A stretch of DNA of 63,403 nucleotides, counting the filler, from Octopus bimaculoides (lineage: Eukaryota), in NCBI RefSeq assembly GCF_001194135.2. It is 7 parts of 6 records of this genome, joined end to end, with 100 filler letters (N's around TTAATTAATTAA, not from the genome) between each part and the next. Parts side by side here need not be neighbours in the genome. Positions count along the whole stretch, not along the records: positions 50,983 to 55,214 come from NC_069004.1; positions 55,315 to 59,530 come from NC_069001.1; positions 59,631 to 63,403 come from NC_068982.1; 4 more parts are not named here. One strand, 5' to 3'. The notes under the pieces are model-generated. The model was not told the DNA's origin. It worked only from the letters and a program-made list of their open reading frames with translations, and ran no database searches. Made by a program: the position numbers and the translations under genes. The stretch's first letter is position 1. Every line of letters begins with the position of its first letter. Of this stretch, positions 53,290 to 63,403 are shown piece after piece.

Positions 53290-53520
53290 ATCTCTCTTGC
53301 AGGAAAGATTATAGAGTAACCTGCCTTACTAAGTTTCTCGAAGCATCTCTGTCGGTCATGAGACGTGATTCGGATGTTTTAAATCCCAGATCTGTTAATA
53401 CTTCAACATCCATTTTCTTTTTCGTCGCAAGTGCAGTAACCAGCTCATTTCAGCATCCTACTTTGTTGAGTGTATGGCTTACACCGTTTTTACCACCGCA
53501 AGTCCAGCTTCTCATGATCA
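53290..53520 (-). mobile_element. Possible RTE-like LINE endonuclease N-terminal remnant
   Basis: HTLNKVGC*NELVTALATKKKMDV resembles the RTL...EL......IDV start of AP endonucleases; heavily decayed. Confidence 0.3.
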
Positions 53521-53976
53521 TTTTCGCACCAGTTCAACTTTTTGCCACTGCAAGTTCATTACTAACTTTCAGTATTACAGCTTTTGTCATATTGTCATTT
53601 TCTTCTTATATGAAGTTGCGAGACTTGATTCCTCGGCCTTCTAAACTTTTTCAGAAGAATTTTCCTGCATGTACTTTGACAATGCCTTGCACTACTGTTT
53701 TCACTTTCAGTATGCATGCGCTATATACATATCATGTATAAACATAACTTTCCGTATTTTCGGATCGTTGGATTCAATTTCTGTGGACTTTCTAAAAACT
53801 TGCAGGACTTGAACTAACTTGAACACTTGCACATAGACTGGAACTTTTTCTTAGCTTGCGCCAAGTTTGGCATTTCTGTTGCTTGCTTTTTCATGTATTT
53901 GTTAACTTTCCGTTGCATTTGCTTAGTTTTGTATATCACTTAAGTTTTAATTTTTTGAGGACATCTATTCACGTAC

Positions 53977-54186
53977 TCTCTTTTACTTGTTTCAGTCATT
54001 TGACTGCAGCCATGCTGGGGCACCGCCTTTAGTCGAGTAAATCGACATCAGGACTTATTCTTTGTAAGCCTAGTACTTATTCTATCGGTCTTTATTGCTG
54101 AACCGCTAGATGACGGGGACGTAAACACACCACCATCGGTTGTCAAGCGATGTTGAGCGGACAAACACAGACACAAAAACATATAC

Positions 54187-54217
<31 letters not shown>

Positions 54218-54730
54218 TNNNNNNNNNNNNNNNNNNNNNNNNNNNNNNNNNNNNNNNNNNNNNNNNNNNNNNNNNNNNNNNNNNNNNNNNNNNNNNNNNN
54301 NNNNNNNNNNNNNNNNNNNNNNNNNNNNNNNNNNNNNNNNNNNNNNNNNNNNNNNNNNNNNNNNNNNNNNNNNNNNNNNNNNNNNNNNNNNNNNNNNNNN
54401 NNNNNNNNNNNNNNNNNNNNNNNNNNNNNNNNNNNNNNNNNNNNNNNNNNNNNNNNNNNNNNNNNNNNNNNNNNNNNNNNNNNNNNNNNNNNNNNNNNNN
54501 NNNNNNNNNNNNNNNNNNNNNNNNNNNNNNNNNNNNNNNNNNNNNNNNNNNNNNNATATATATATACGACGGGTTTCTTTCAGTTTCCGTCTACCAAATC
54601 CACTCACAAGGCTTTGGTCATCCCGAGGCTATAGCAGAAGACACTTTCCCAAGATGCCACGCAGTGGGAATGAACCCGGAACCATGTGGTTCGTAAGCAA
54701 GCTCCTTAACACACAGCCACTCCTGCGCCT
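53977..54730 (-). mobile_element. SINE family B spanning an N gap
   Basis: 3' half before the gap and 5' half after it. Confidence 0.85.
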
Positions 54731-54898
54731 ACATATGTCTTTTTTTTTACCAATATTCTGTATATTTGTAAAACTGTCTCAACGTTCACACATATTCTTG
54801 CATGCATTCACCCAGTTATACACATGCACCATATACCATACTTTTGGGTTGCTTTCTCATGCTCACCGCGTCTTTATAAGACACAACTTAACTAAGGG

Positions 54899-55214
54899 AA
54901 AGAGATACACGAGTTAGTAGAACAAGGATTGAAGGCAATTGACAGAACAACACTGCCGGGAAAATTCAAATGTTGGATACTGCAATTTGGACTGTACCCA
55001 AGGATAATGTGGCCATTGCAAATGTACGAAATAGCCTTGAGTAGAGTAGAAAGGATAGAACAAAGATGCAGTGTGTTTATCAGGAAATAGCTTGGTCTGC
55101 CGAAACCACTCAATACAACTGCACTATATGGAAAACCCGTGCTGCAACTTCCAATAGCATCGATCACCCAGGAATATAAAGCAGGAAAGGCGAGGACAGT
55201 AATGATGCTAAGGT
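54899..55214 (+). mobile_element. Hero-like (R2-group) non-LTR retrotransposon RT thumb fragment
   Basis: GLKAIDRTTLPGKFKCWILQFGLYPRIMWPLQMYEI...IRK*LGLPKPL...ALYG...LQLPIASITQEYKAGKARTVMMLR; one stop; clade assignment from recalled similarity. Confidence 0.8.
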
Positions 55215-55314
55215 NNNNNNNNNNNNNNNNNNNNNNNNNNNNNNNNNNNNNNNNNNNNTTAATTAATTAANNNNNNNNNNNNNNNNNNNNNNNNNNNNNN
55301 NNNNNNNNNNNNNN
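55215..55314. other. Artificial scaffold-joining spacer
   Basis: 44 N + TTAATTAATTAA + 44 N. Confidence 0.97.
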
Positions 55315-55350
<36 letters not shown>

Positions 55351-55392
55351 GAATGTGTGTGTGTGCGTGTGTGTGTGTGTGTGTGTGTGCGT

Positions 55393-55424
<32 letters not shown>

Positions 55425-55616
55425 ATGGTACTTGCAACGGACTGGAATCTCGTTCAGTGTGAAGTGCTGTAATTTCAGTCACAAATACGTCATGAAATCC
55501 GATTCAAGCTCCGATCATATGAATCCTAAAGCTCATGACGTGCTTAAGTCGGTGCTATTTTAGCATGCGGTTTTCGGTAGCATCTGTAGTCTGCACTGTG
55601 AGATGACCTTATCTGG

Positions 55617-55866
55617 GTCAGGGTTAGAAGTTAGCGTTTACGATTAGAGATTAGAGTTTAGAGTTAGGGCTCAGAGTTTAGGGTCATGGCATAGAGTTTA
55701 AGGTTAAATGTTAGAGTTTAGGGTTAGGGCTTAGAGTTTAAGGTTAGCGCTTGGAGCTTAGAGTTAAGGTTTAGAGTTAAGGGTTAAAATTTAGCGTCAG
55801 GGGTTACAATTTAGGGTTAGGGCTTAGAGCTTAGGATTATGGGTTACGGTTAGAGTTAGGATTAGA
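55617..55866 (+). repeat. Degenerate TTAGGG-like array
   Basis: TTAGGG, TTAGAG and TTAAGG variants in tandem for about 250 bp. Confidence 0.8.
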
Positions 55867-56254
55867 CTTCATGCTAAAGTGTAAATGGTCAGGTAGACCA
55901 CACAGTAAAGCAGTGGGTCTCAGCTTAGGGGTCCAAATAAGATTTAGATGCTAAAATTCATCAGCAATAAACTGGTGATACTTTTACATTACACAACGTA
56001 TTTCAACAATTTTTATTATGCAATCTTATAATATTTAATGATAACAAGAAAATGAAACAAAGCTGCGTGATAACGGTATCAGACGTGTCATGCAGACCAC
56101 CAAATCACTTGTTAAACATATATCTTATGTGATGCCTTCATGGTGCACCTTTCCCGTTTCTTTTTTTATGGTCTTTAGCTATACATTGGTGCCAGGAAAC
56201 GGTCCATGAACCCAATACTGCAGAATTTAAATTTCTAATGATTCAATTTAAGTC

Positions 56255-56665
56255 TTATAATAAACTGCTTAATTTTTGCTGTTTAAGTTCAAGTTCAGGT
56301 TTGATAGAAGTGTCATTAATGTGACATAAGTTGGCAGTGGGAATGGTGACAAATCCAATAATTGCTGATGGGTTGACATAGTTAATGGTTGAATTGAAAT
56401 TTTTCAATTTATGAAACAACATCTTCAATTGTGAAGGATGACAAACGGACAATACCAGATGACATTTTAGTTAGAATATCATTAATACCTGCGACAATCT
56501 TAATAATTGTTTATGGACAGGCAATGAATTGAGAATATTACATGATTTTTTAGTTAATGTATCAATTGTGGCACCCTGCCTGATAATATAAAATATATTA
56601 ATATCTTCTGGTTGCTTATAGCTGTCAAAATTATTGCACTTCGAGCTCCCTAAAACACACATACA
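56255..56665 (-). pseudogene. SGNH/GDSL-like ORF remnant, probably retroelement ORF1
   Basis: VCVLGSS (block I-like), RQGATI (block II-like) and, after a frameshift, IIKIVAGINDIL (GxND block III-like), then IIGFVTIP. Confidence 0.5.
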
Positions 56666-57009
56666 CTCTGCATCTGGGATTCTGTGAAAATTAGTTTGCT
56701 ATTTTCAGTTTTATGAATCCAGTGTGCACATGCGCATTGCATGTTCATAATTCTCTTTCCGGTCCTTACTCAAAATTGTTTACAAGTCACAACCATCTCA
56801 CGGACTCGTGATCGTGAGGAGCACTTCGCGTTGCGGTGGTTGTGAAAAAAATATAATGGGATTTTTTTCAAAACATCGAATGTTTAGAAGGGTCCAACAA
56901 AGTAAAACAGGAATCAAAAGGATCTATAAGTGAAAAATGGTTGAAAACCGCTGCATTAAAGTGTAAATAACCAGGTTGACAGAACGCTAAATCATCACCA
57001 CTAAGTCTA

Positions 57010-57130
57010 AGACCCACTGAAATCATAAGGTCGTGGTTTCCATTCCTGAATCGGGTAGTCTGCTGTGTTATTGAGTAAAACACTTCACTTTTCCGTTGCT
57101 CCAGTCCACTCAGCTGTAAATGAATTCCAG
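57010..57130 (+). mobile_element. CORE-like SINE fragment
   Basis: TTGAGTAAAACACTTCAC...GTTGCTCCAGTCCACTCAGCTGTAAATGAA resembles the CORE domain. Confidence 0.55.
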
Positions 57131-57175
57131 CATTGATGGTTGAGGGACAGTGTTGCAATCTCAGCCACTTGTTCT

Positions 57176-57690
57176 CGTGGCTATGTGGTAAGAAGTTTGC
57201 TTTCCCAACCACACGGCTCCGGGTTCAGTCCCACTGCGTGGCACTTTGGGAAAGTGTCTTCAACTACAAATCGGCCCGATCAAACCCTTGTGAGTGGATT
57301 TGATAGACAGAAATTGAAAAAAGCCCGTCGTATGTATGTATGTAAGGAAGGGCATCCATATCAGACTGGAACCTGGTGTAGCTTCCCAGTTTCAGTCAAA
57401 CTGTCTAACCCATGCCAGGTTGGAAAGATGATGATGATGGTGATGATGATGATGTTGATGATATATGTGTATCTGTATATGTTTGTATCTGTGTGTATCC
57501 CTACCACCGCCTGGTAACTGGTGTTGGTGTATTTACATCCCGTAAGCTAGCGGTTCGGCAAAAGAGAACGATAGAATAAGTACTAGGCTTTAAAAAAACA
57601 AAGTACTGGAGCAGATTCATTCCACTAAAAATTCTTCAAGGCTGTGCCCCAGTATGACCACAGTCTAATGACTGGAAGAAGTAAAAGATA
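57176..57690 (+). mobile_element. SINE family B with a nested (GAT)n-tailed fragment
   Basis: Family B head and tail; insert at about 57350-57460 ends AACCCATGCCAG...GATGATGATG (same tail seen reversed at 1607-1645, 5485-5545, 7930-7965). Confidence 0.8.
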
Positions 57691-57788
57691 AAAGATAGAG
57701 AGAGAGACAGATAGAGAGAGAGACAGATAGAGAGAGAGACAGATAGAGAGAGAGAGACAGATAGAGAGAGAGAGAGAGAGAAAGAGAA

Positions 57789-57828
<40 letters not shown>

Positions 57829-57839
57829 GGATAGATAGA

Positions 57840-57875
<36 letters not shown>

Positions 57876-57927
57876 TAGAGAGGGGGAGAGACAGACAGAC
57901 AGACAGACAGGTGGGCTGATAGATAAG

Positions 57928-57973
<46 letters not shown>

Positions 57974-58894
57974 TCGCAAATACATGTGCGTATATATATG
58001 TATGTATATATATATACACACACTTTAAAACACTAAATATTATTGCATTCTATGTTGTTAATGTCTGTCTGTTAGCTTAAAATGTTTGTATACTCCATTA
58101 GGAAGGCAGCTGTATTCACGGGCACATACACTCACAAGCACACACACACACACAGTTTCTTTCTCTCTCCCACGCACATATGTACACATTTTCTCTCCTC
58201 TTATCTTCCCCCCTCCACACACACCTACACTTCTCCGTCTCTCTGTGTGCCTTACTCTCATACATTTTCTCCCCCTCTGTCCATCTCTAACTCACTCTCT
58301 CTCTCACACACACACACACAACCGCACACACTAAAGATTTACATATAACACATACAACCGCTATTTCTCACGCAGTATCCCACAATCACAGACATATTCA
58401 TGCATATATCTAATCCTTATTTTCTTTCTTTCTCTCTCTATCTCTCATATACATACAGATTTACACACAACACTCAGTCTCTATCCCCAGACATACATAT
58501 AACACACACATACACACACACATACACATACACATACATACACGCACGTACGCATGCCTGCACGTAACACCAATCACATCTAGAACAGAGAGGGAGAGAG
58601 AGAAAGCCGAAGAGCTAAGAGTCTAAGCTTGAGCTTGCTGGTAGGTCGGTCGGCGGGGAAAGACGGGTAGAAGCTTAACGAGAAGCTGTTTTTGTGTACA
58701 GTAATGGAATGCTTTGCATGTAGGGCGGTGTACGACAGCTCAAACGCATCTATAAAACTTGGAATGCACATACACACACACCTACACAAGCAAGCATACA
58801 TATATGTGTGCGTCTCTGTGTGTGTGAAATTTAGAAGAATTTATGTGAATCTTTAGAAGAATACTCGATGTGCGAATATATATATATATATATG

Positions 58895-59046
58895 TTTGAA
58901 AATGGAAAAGAATGACTTCGCCGGTAGTTCTAATCAATTTAATTTTAGCTTGTAGATCTACAAATCAAACTGTAAAATTATATTATATTATTAGAAAATT
59001 AAATTGATTAGAGCTACCAGCGAAATCATTCTTTTCCCTTTTCAAA
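58895..59046. mobile_element. ~150-bp MITE with ~52-bp terminal inverted repeats
   Basis: Arms 58895-58946 and 58995-59046 differ at 4 positions; TA-rich flanks; internal palindrome TTGTAGATCTACAA. Confidence 0.85.
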
Positions 59047-59080
59047 TATACCAAACTGTACCAGGGGTTTCACACATTTG

Positions 59081-59110
<30 letters not shown>

Positions 59111-59111
<1 letters not shown>

Positions 59112-59498
59112 TCTTTTATTCGTTTACTTGTTTCAGTCATTTGACTGCGGCCGTGCTGGAGCACTGCCTTTAGTCGAACAAATCAATCCCACGACTTATT
59201 CTTTGTAAGCTTAGTACCTATTCTATCGGTCGCTTTTGCCGAACCGCTAGGATACAGGGACGTAAACACACTAGCATCGGCTGTCAAGCGATGGGGGGGG
59301 GGGTGACAAACACACACACACAAATACATACATATACGACAGGCTTCTTTCAGTTTCCGTCTACCAAATCCATTCACAAGGTTTTGGTCGGCCCGAGGCT
59401 ATAGTACAAGACACTTGCCCAAGGTTCCACGCAGTGGGACTGAACCCAGAATTATGTGGTTAGTCAGCAAGCTACTTACCACAGCCACTCCTGCGCCT
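59111..59498 (-). mobile_element. SINE family B, full length
   Basis: Complete reverse-complement copy. Confidence 0.9.
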
Positions 59499-59530
59499 AT
59501 CTATCTATCTATATATATATATATATATAT

Positions 59531-59630
59531 NNNNNNNNNNNNNNNNNNNNNNNNNNNNNNNNNNNNNNNNNNNNTTAATTAATTAANNNNNNNNNNNNNN
59601 NNNNNNNNNNNNNNNNNNNNNNNNNNNNNN
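59531..59630. other. Artificial scaffold-joining spacer
   Basis: 44 N + TTAATTAATTAA + 44 N. Confidence 0.97.
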
Positions 59631-60479
59631 GAGAGGGGGCGTGATAAAAAAATATAGGTATATCAAATATTATACAAATCAAATTCTTGATTTATTACTC
59701 TGTGTGTATCAATATAAAAAAATAGATACATGTACATACACCCCCGCGCGCGCACATACACGCGCGCACGTATGTATGTAAGTATGTATGTATGTATGTA
59801 TGTATGGATGGATGGATGGATGAATGGATGGATGATAACTGAATGAAGCATGAATGTATAAAAGTTCTTGGTACGTATATAATTTTTAAAAAAAAGTAAT
59901 GCGTTTATATGTATGTATATGTGTGTGTATTTGAGCCTGCGTGTGCGCGCGTATGGATGTGGATGTGTTCGCAGAACATTAAGCAATAGGCATTGCTATA
60001 TATAAATTGACTTGTTTGCATATATTCTTTAAAGTTTCATGATGAAACACTATCGTCGAGGATTTATATTTTATTAATCTCACAACCTGGAACAGTCACG
60101 TCGCCACCAATATAAAGGGAGGGTAATCAAGATTCGAACTCAAAACACAGTGCTTTCATACATCTCATTCCGCTGCATAGTATCAGTCTACCTAATTTCA
60201 TTCTAACGGTTTCGTTACATCAAACACAATATTAGAAGAAACATGAGCAATAGTGTTATCAAAGTCTGAACCGAAATTTTTAACACACAGTCATATCTGC
60301 ACACTCTTCACTCAACAGGCACAGAAACAAACCTAAACATACACATGCACAAATGCACACATATCAGTAATTAAGCTACTCTACGCCATGGTTACATGGG
60401 GTAACGGCAAACACGTTGACTAAAATGCTTACTTAGAGACAGTTGTTCCCGCTCTTGATGTTCTAAGTTCAAATTATGC

Positions 60480-61848
60480 CGATGTAAACTTTGTCTTTCA
60501 TCTTTTTGGGGATCGTCAAAATAAATACCAGTTAAGCACTGGAGCCGATGCAATCGATGCCCTTTTTCCTAAAATTTTTGGCTTTGTGAAAAAATTTGAA
60601 ACCATAATTATTAACTTTAGGGTGGTAAAATCGTAAGAGCGTCAAGGGTCCAACCATGAAAGTTGTTTTTCAAATTCCTCGAAACTTTTTCGAAGTGAAG
60701 AAGTCTTTGTACCTCATAGTCAACGCTAAAACTTCCATGTAATCTATCTCAAGAATACATTACAAATGAATAATAATGAAAGGCTATAGCTGACTCAATT
60801 GTTTTCTAGGCACTCTTAAATATGAGAAAAAGCAAATTAGACATTTAAGTTATTAGACATTTAAGTTTCATTCTTCCACGTAGTACTACATTCGTCATTT
60901 TCTGCTACTTTTATTTCCTTTCCTACTTCAAATATTGAAAAGAATTTGCAACTTTTTGCTATTTATTTTTCAAAGAATACATAATTTCCAATGGATCCAA
61001 ATTGAATTTTCACTAATTTACGCCGAAAGCTACTGTGTACTTGGTTTTCCTATGTAAACTTATCTCTGGGATTTAGGGTTAGATTATTGCCCATTTTAGA
61101 GGCAACTGACTTTGGTTTGAGAGTTGAAACCAATTTTATTTGAAAATCCATTTCTGTTGTTACTTCAAAAATGTTTGAAAAATAATGGTCTCACATTGGA
61201 TTTCCATAGTCAAACATGGCGGATTTGAGTCTTAGGCCGCTCACTATTCAATGACTAATAATTCTAGATCTAAATATTTTCAATATCTGAATTTTTGTAA
61301 TATGATAGACAATTGTGAATACTTTCAAAATGTAATTAGCTGAAATCTTTTTTACAAAGTGCCAACATTCAAAACTTCTTGCATTTGAAATTTGCTTTTT
61401 CTCATATTTAAGAGTGCCTGGAAAACAATTGAGTCAGCTATAGTCTTTCATTATTATTCATTTGTAGTGTATTCTTGGGGGTAGGTTACATGTACAAGGT
61501 TTCAAAGATTGAAAACGTCTCAATCTCGAGATATTAGTGGTTAAATATGGCTCCGAATTTAGCAAAATCTTCAAACTCCTGTCAGCGACTTACTTTGAAT
61601 GCCCATAAAATCACAGCCATTCACTTCGAAAAAGTTTCAGGGAATTTGAAAGACAACACTTTTCAAAGTTAAACCCTTGACGGCTCTCACAATTTTACTG
61701 TCCTAAAGTTAATAATTATGGTTTCAAATTTTTTCAGAAAGCCAATTTTTTTTACAAATTTTAGGAGAGAGGGCAACGATTACATCGGCTCTTGTGCTCA
61801 ACTGGTATTTATTTTATTGACCCCAAAAACGCAAATGGTAAATTCGAC

Positions 61849-61850
<2 letters not shown>
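60480..61850. repeat. Large inverted repeat (foldback) whose arms include a SINE family A segment
   Basis: Left arm about 60480-60838, right arm about 61389-61850; the inner ~103 bp differ by 6 substitutions and 1 indel. Confidence 0.85.
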
Positions 61851-61879
<29 letters not shown>

Positions 61880-62503
61880 TTCTTCTTCTTCTTCTTCTTC
61901 TTCTCCCCGTTCTTCTTCTTCTTCTTCTTCTTCTTCTTCTTCTTCTTCTTCTTCTTCTTCTTCTTCTTCTTCTTCTTCTTCTTCTTCTTCTTCCCTCTTT
62001 CTCCTCCCCTTCCTCTTTTAACAATCGTTCTACTTCTCTCTTCCGCAGCACCAACTTTCCTCTCTGCTCTTTCACTTATTTCTCTTCATCTGCCTCTCAG
62101 TCTCCTCCACTTTTAGCTTCTTTTTTTCACCCTCTGTAATTTCCCTTCTTCTGCTACTACTATTTTTCTTTCCTCTTCTCTCTTATTCTTTTTCTTGTAT
62201 TCCTACTACTCTCTCTTTTCTATTTCTTCGTCTTTTTCCCCCCTTTTCGCCTCACAACCTCCCCACCTCACTGTTTCTGTCTTTGTCTTCTTTACTTTCT
62301 CGGTTCTTCTGCGTTCCTTTTCCTCCCGTTACCCTCTTTCTTCTACTTCGTACGCCCTCCACCTTCCCCTCTAGTATAACCAGCTAACTACGTCAGTTTT
62401 TAGTGTCACGGAAACATGTCTTCAATGTATAGCTTATTAAACAAATGTTTCGCTGACTGCTGTTGCTCAATATGTGTAAATAGACATTTTCAGACAGAAA
62501 GCT

Positions 62504-62604
62504 GTTACCCCTAGCAACAGTTAAATTGTCATTATGCAACATACTGATATAATCAAAAGAACTAGTGCTGAATATAGGTTAGTGTTGACGTCGGCTGACG
62601 TCAA
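62504..62604. promoter_or_regulatory. Candidate promoter module: RFX X-box-like site plus paired CRE sites
   Basis: GTTACCCCTAGCAAC at 62504-62518; TTGACGTC-GGCT-GACGTCAA at 62585-62604 including a full TGACGTCA. Confidence 0.35.
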
Positions 62605-63365
62605 GCAAGCTTGAGATATTCGGTGTTTGGAAGTTCCCGTCGTGCAACAAGACCAGCGAGATACGTTTTCATAAGTATAATGTGATCATTTATAACTCAG
62701 GTTAACTGAACACGTCTCTCTTTACACTTGTCCTTATTTCGTTCTTCTATTTACACACTCATAGTCAGCCTTTCATCTTTCTCTCTCTCTTTCTCTTTCT
62801 TCCTCTCTCTCTTTCTCTTTCTTTCTTTCTCTCTCTCTCTCTGTCTCTCTCTCTTCTCTTACACACACACACACACACACATGAAATATTTAACACATAT
62901 TACTCTATCTTTCAATTACTCCGTCGTTATCGTACATGATCACAAACGTAGGATTACAAATACCATCGACTTTCACATATATACATGCATACATACATAC
63001 ATACATACATTTTCGATAGTAAATGCTTAAAGGAGAATCTGAATAAACTGGGATTTTCAGAAACAGAAATCGACCGGCTAATTCGAGTGGAACAGTAAAA
63101 ATATGTAAGGCCTTTCTCAAGTTACAAATGTGAATTTGTCTGTTAACTACATCTCAAAGATGGAGCTTTGTATCTTTGTTGGAAACCGGGTCCCTCCTCA
63201 GTGGAAGATTTATAATAATAAAAAAATAGAAGAGACATACATAACTTATACACATATGTATATGAATAAGCGTACATATACGCTTATCTACACACGTATG
63301 CTTACATGCATGTATATATGTTATGTATGTATGTATGTATGTATGTATGTATGTATGTATGTATG

Positions 63366-63396
<31 letters not shown>

Positions 63397-63403
63397 ATAT
63401 ATA

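Noticed and set aside
374-54917. Long ORFs in the track (150-440 aa)
   Set aside because: They run through N gaps or TA/CA/trinucleotide repeats and carry no coding information.
56787-56845. HDV-like ribozyme (CTCCTCACG loop on the minus strand)
   Set aside because: P3 and P1 pairings cannot be built.
63019-63095. Protein-like KCLKENLNKLGFSETEIDRLIRVEQ
   Set aside because: In-frame stop before the good donor; too short to assign, possibly a LINE relic.

Overview
Eukaryotic, AT-rich, microsatellite-saturated DNA with many N gaps. The repeat landscape (three abundant tRNA-type SINE families, several with CA/TA-rich interiors) looks like an Octopus genome; this is inferred from recognition, not searched. 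The window is not one locus. Six identical 100-nt spacers (44 N + TTAATTAATTAA + 44 N) join seven unrelated scaffolds: 1-9047, 9148-29223, 29324-44569, 44670-50882, 50983-55214, 55315-59530, 59631-63403. No complete protein-coding gene is visible, and almost all ORF-track entries are N-runs or simple repeats. Supported content: a full-length decayed DD34D mariner, a second Tc1/mariner fossil, non-LTR retrotransposon fragments (R4/Dong-like, Hero-like, CR1/L2-like, an SGNH-type ORF1), a Penelope-like RT/GIY-YIG fragment, about 25 SINE copies, and several palindromic or foldback elements. The most interesting signal is four minimal hammerhead-ribozyme-like motifs from three unrelated sequence contexts. 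One has a fully canonical core, and two belong to one dispersed family with a shared A6>U core variant. A few short splice-site-bounded exon candidates, including a signal-peptide first exon, are low-confidence hypotheses. No CRISPR, rRNA or true tRNA genes were seen.
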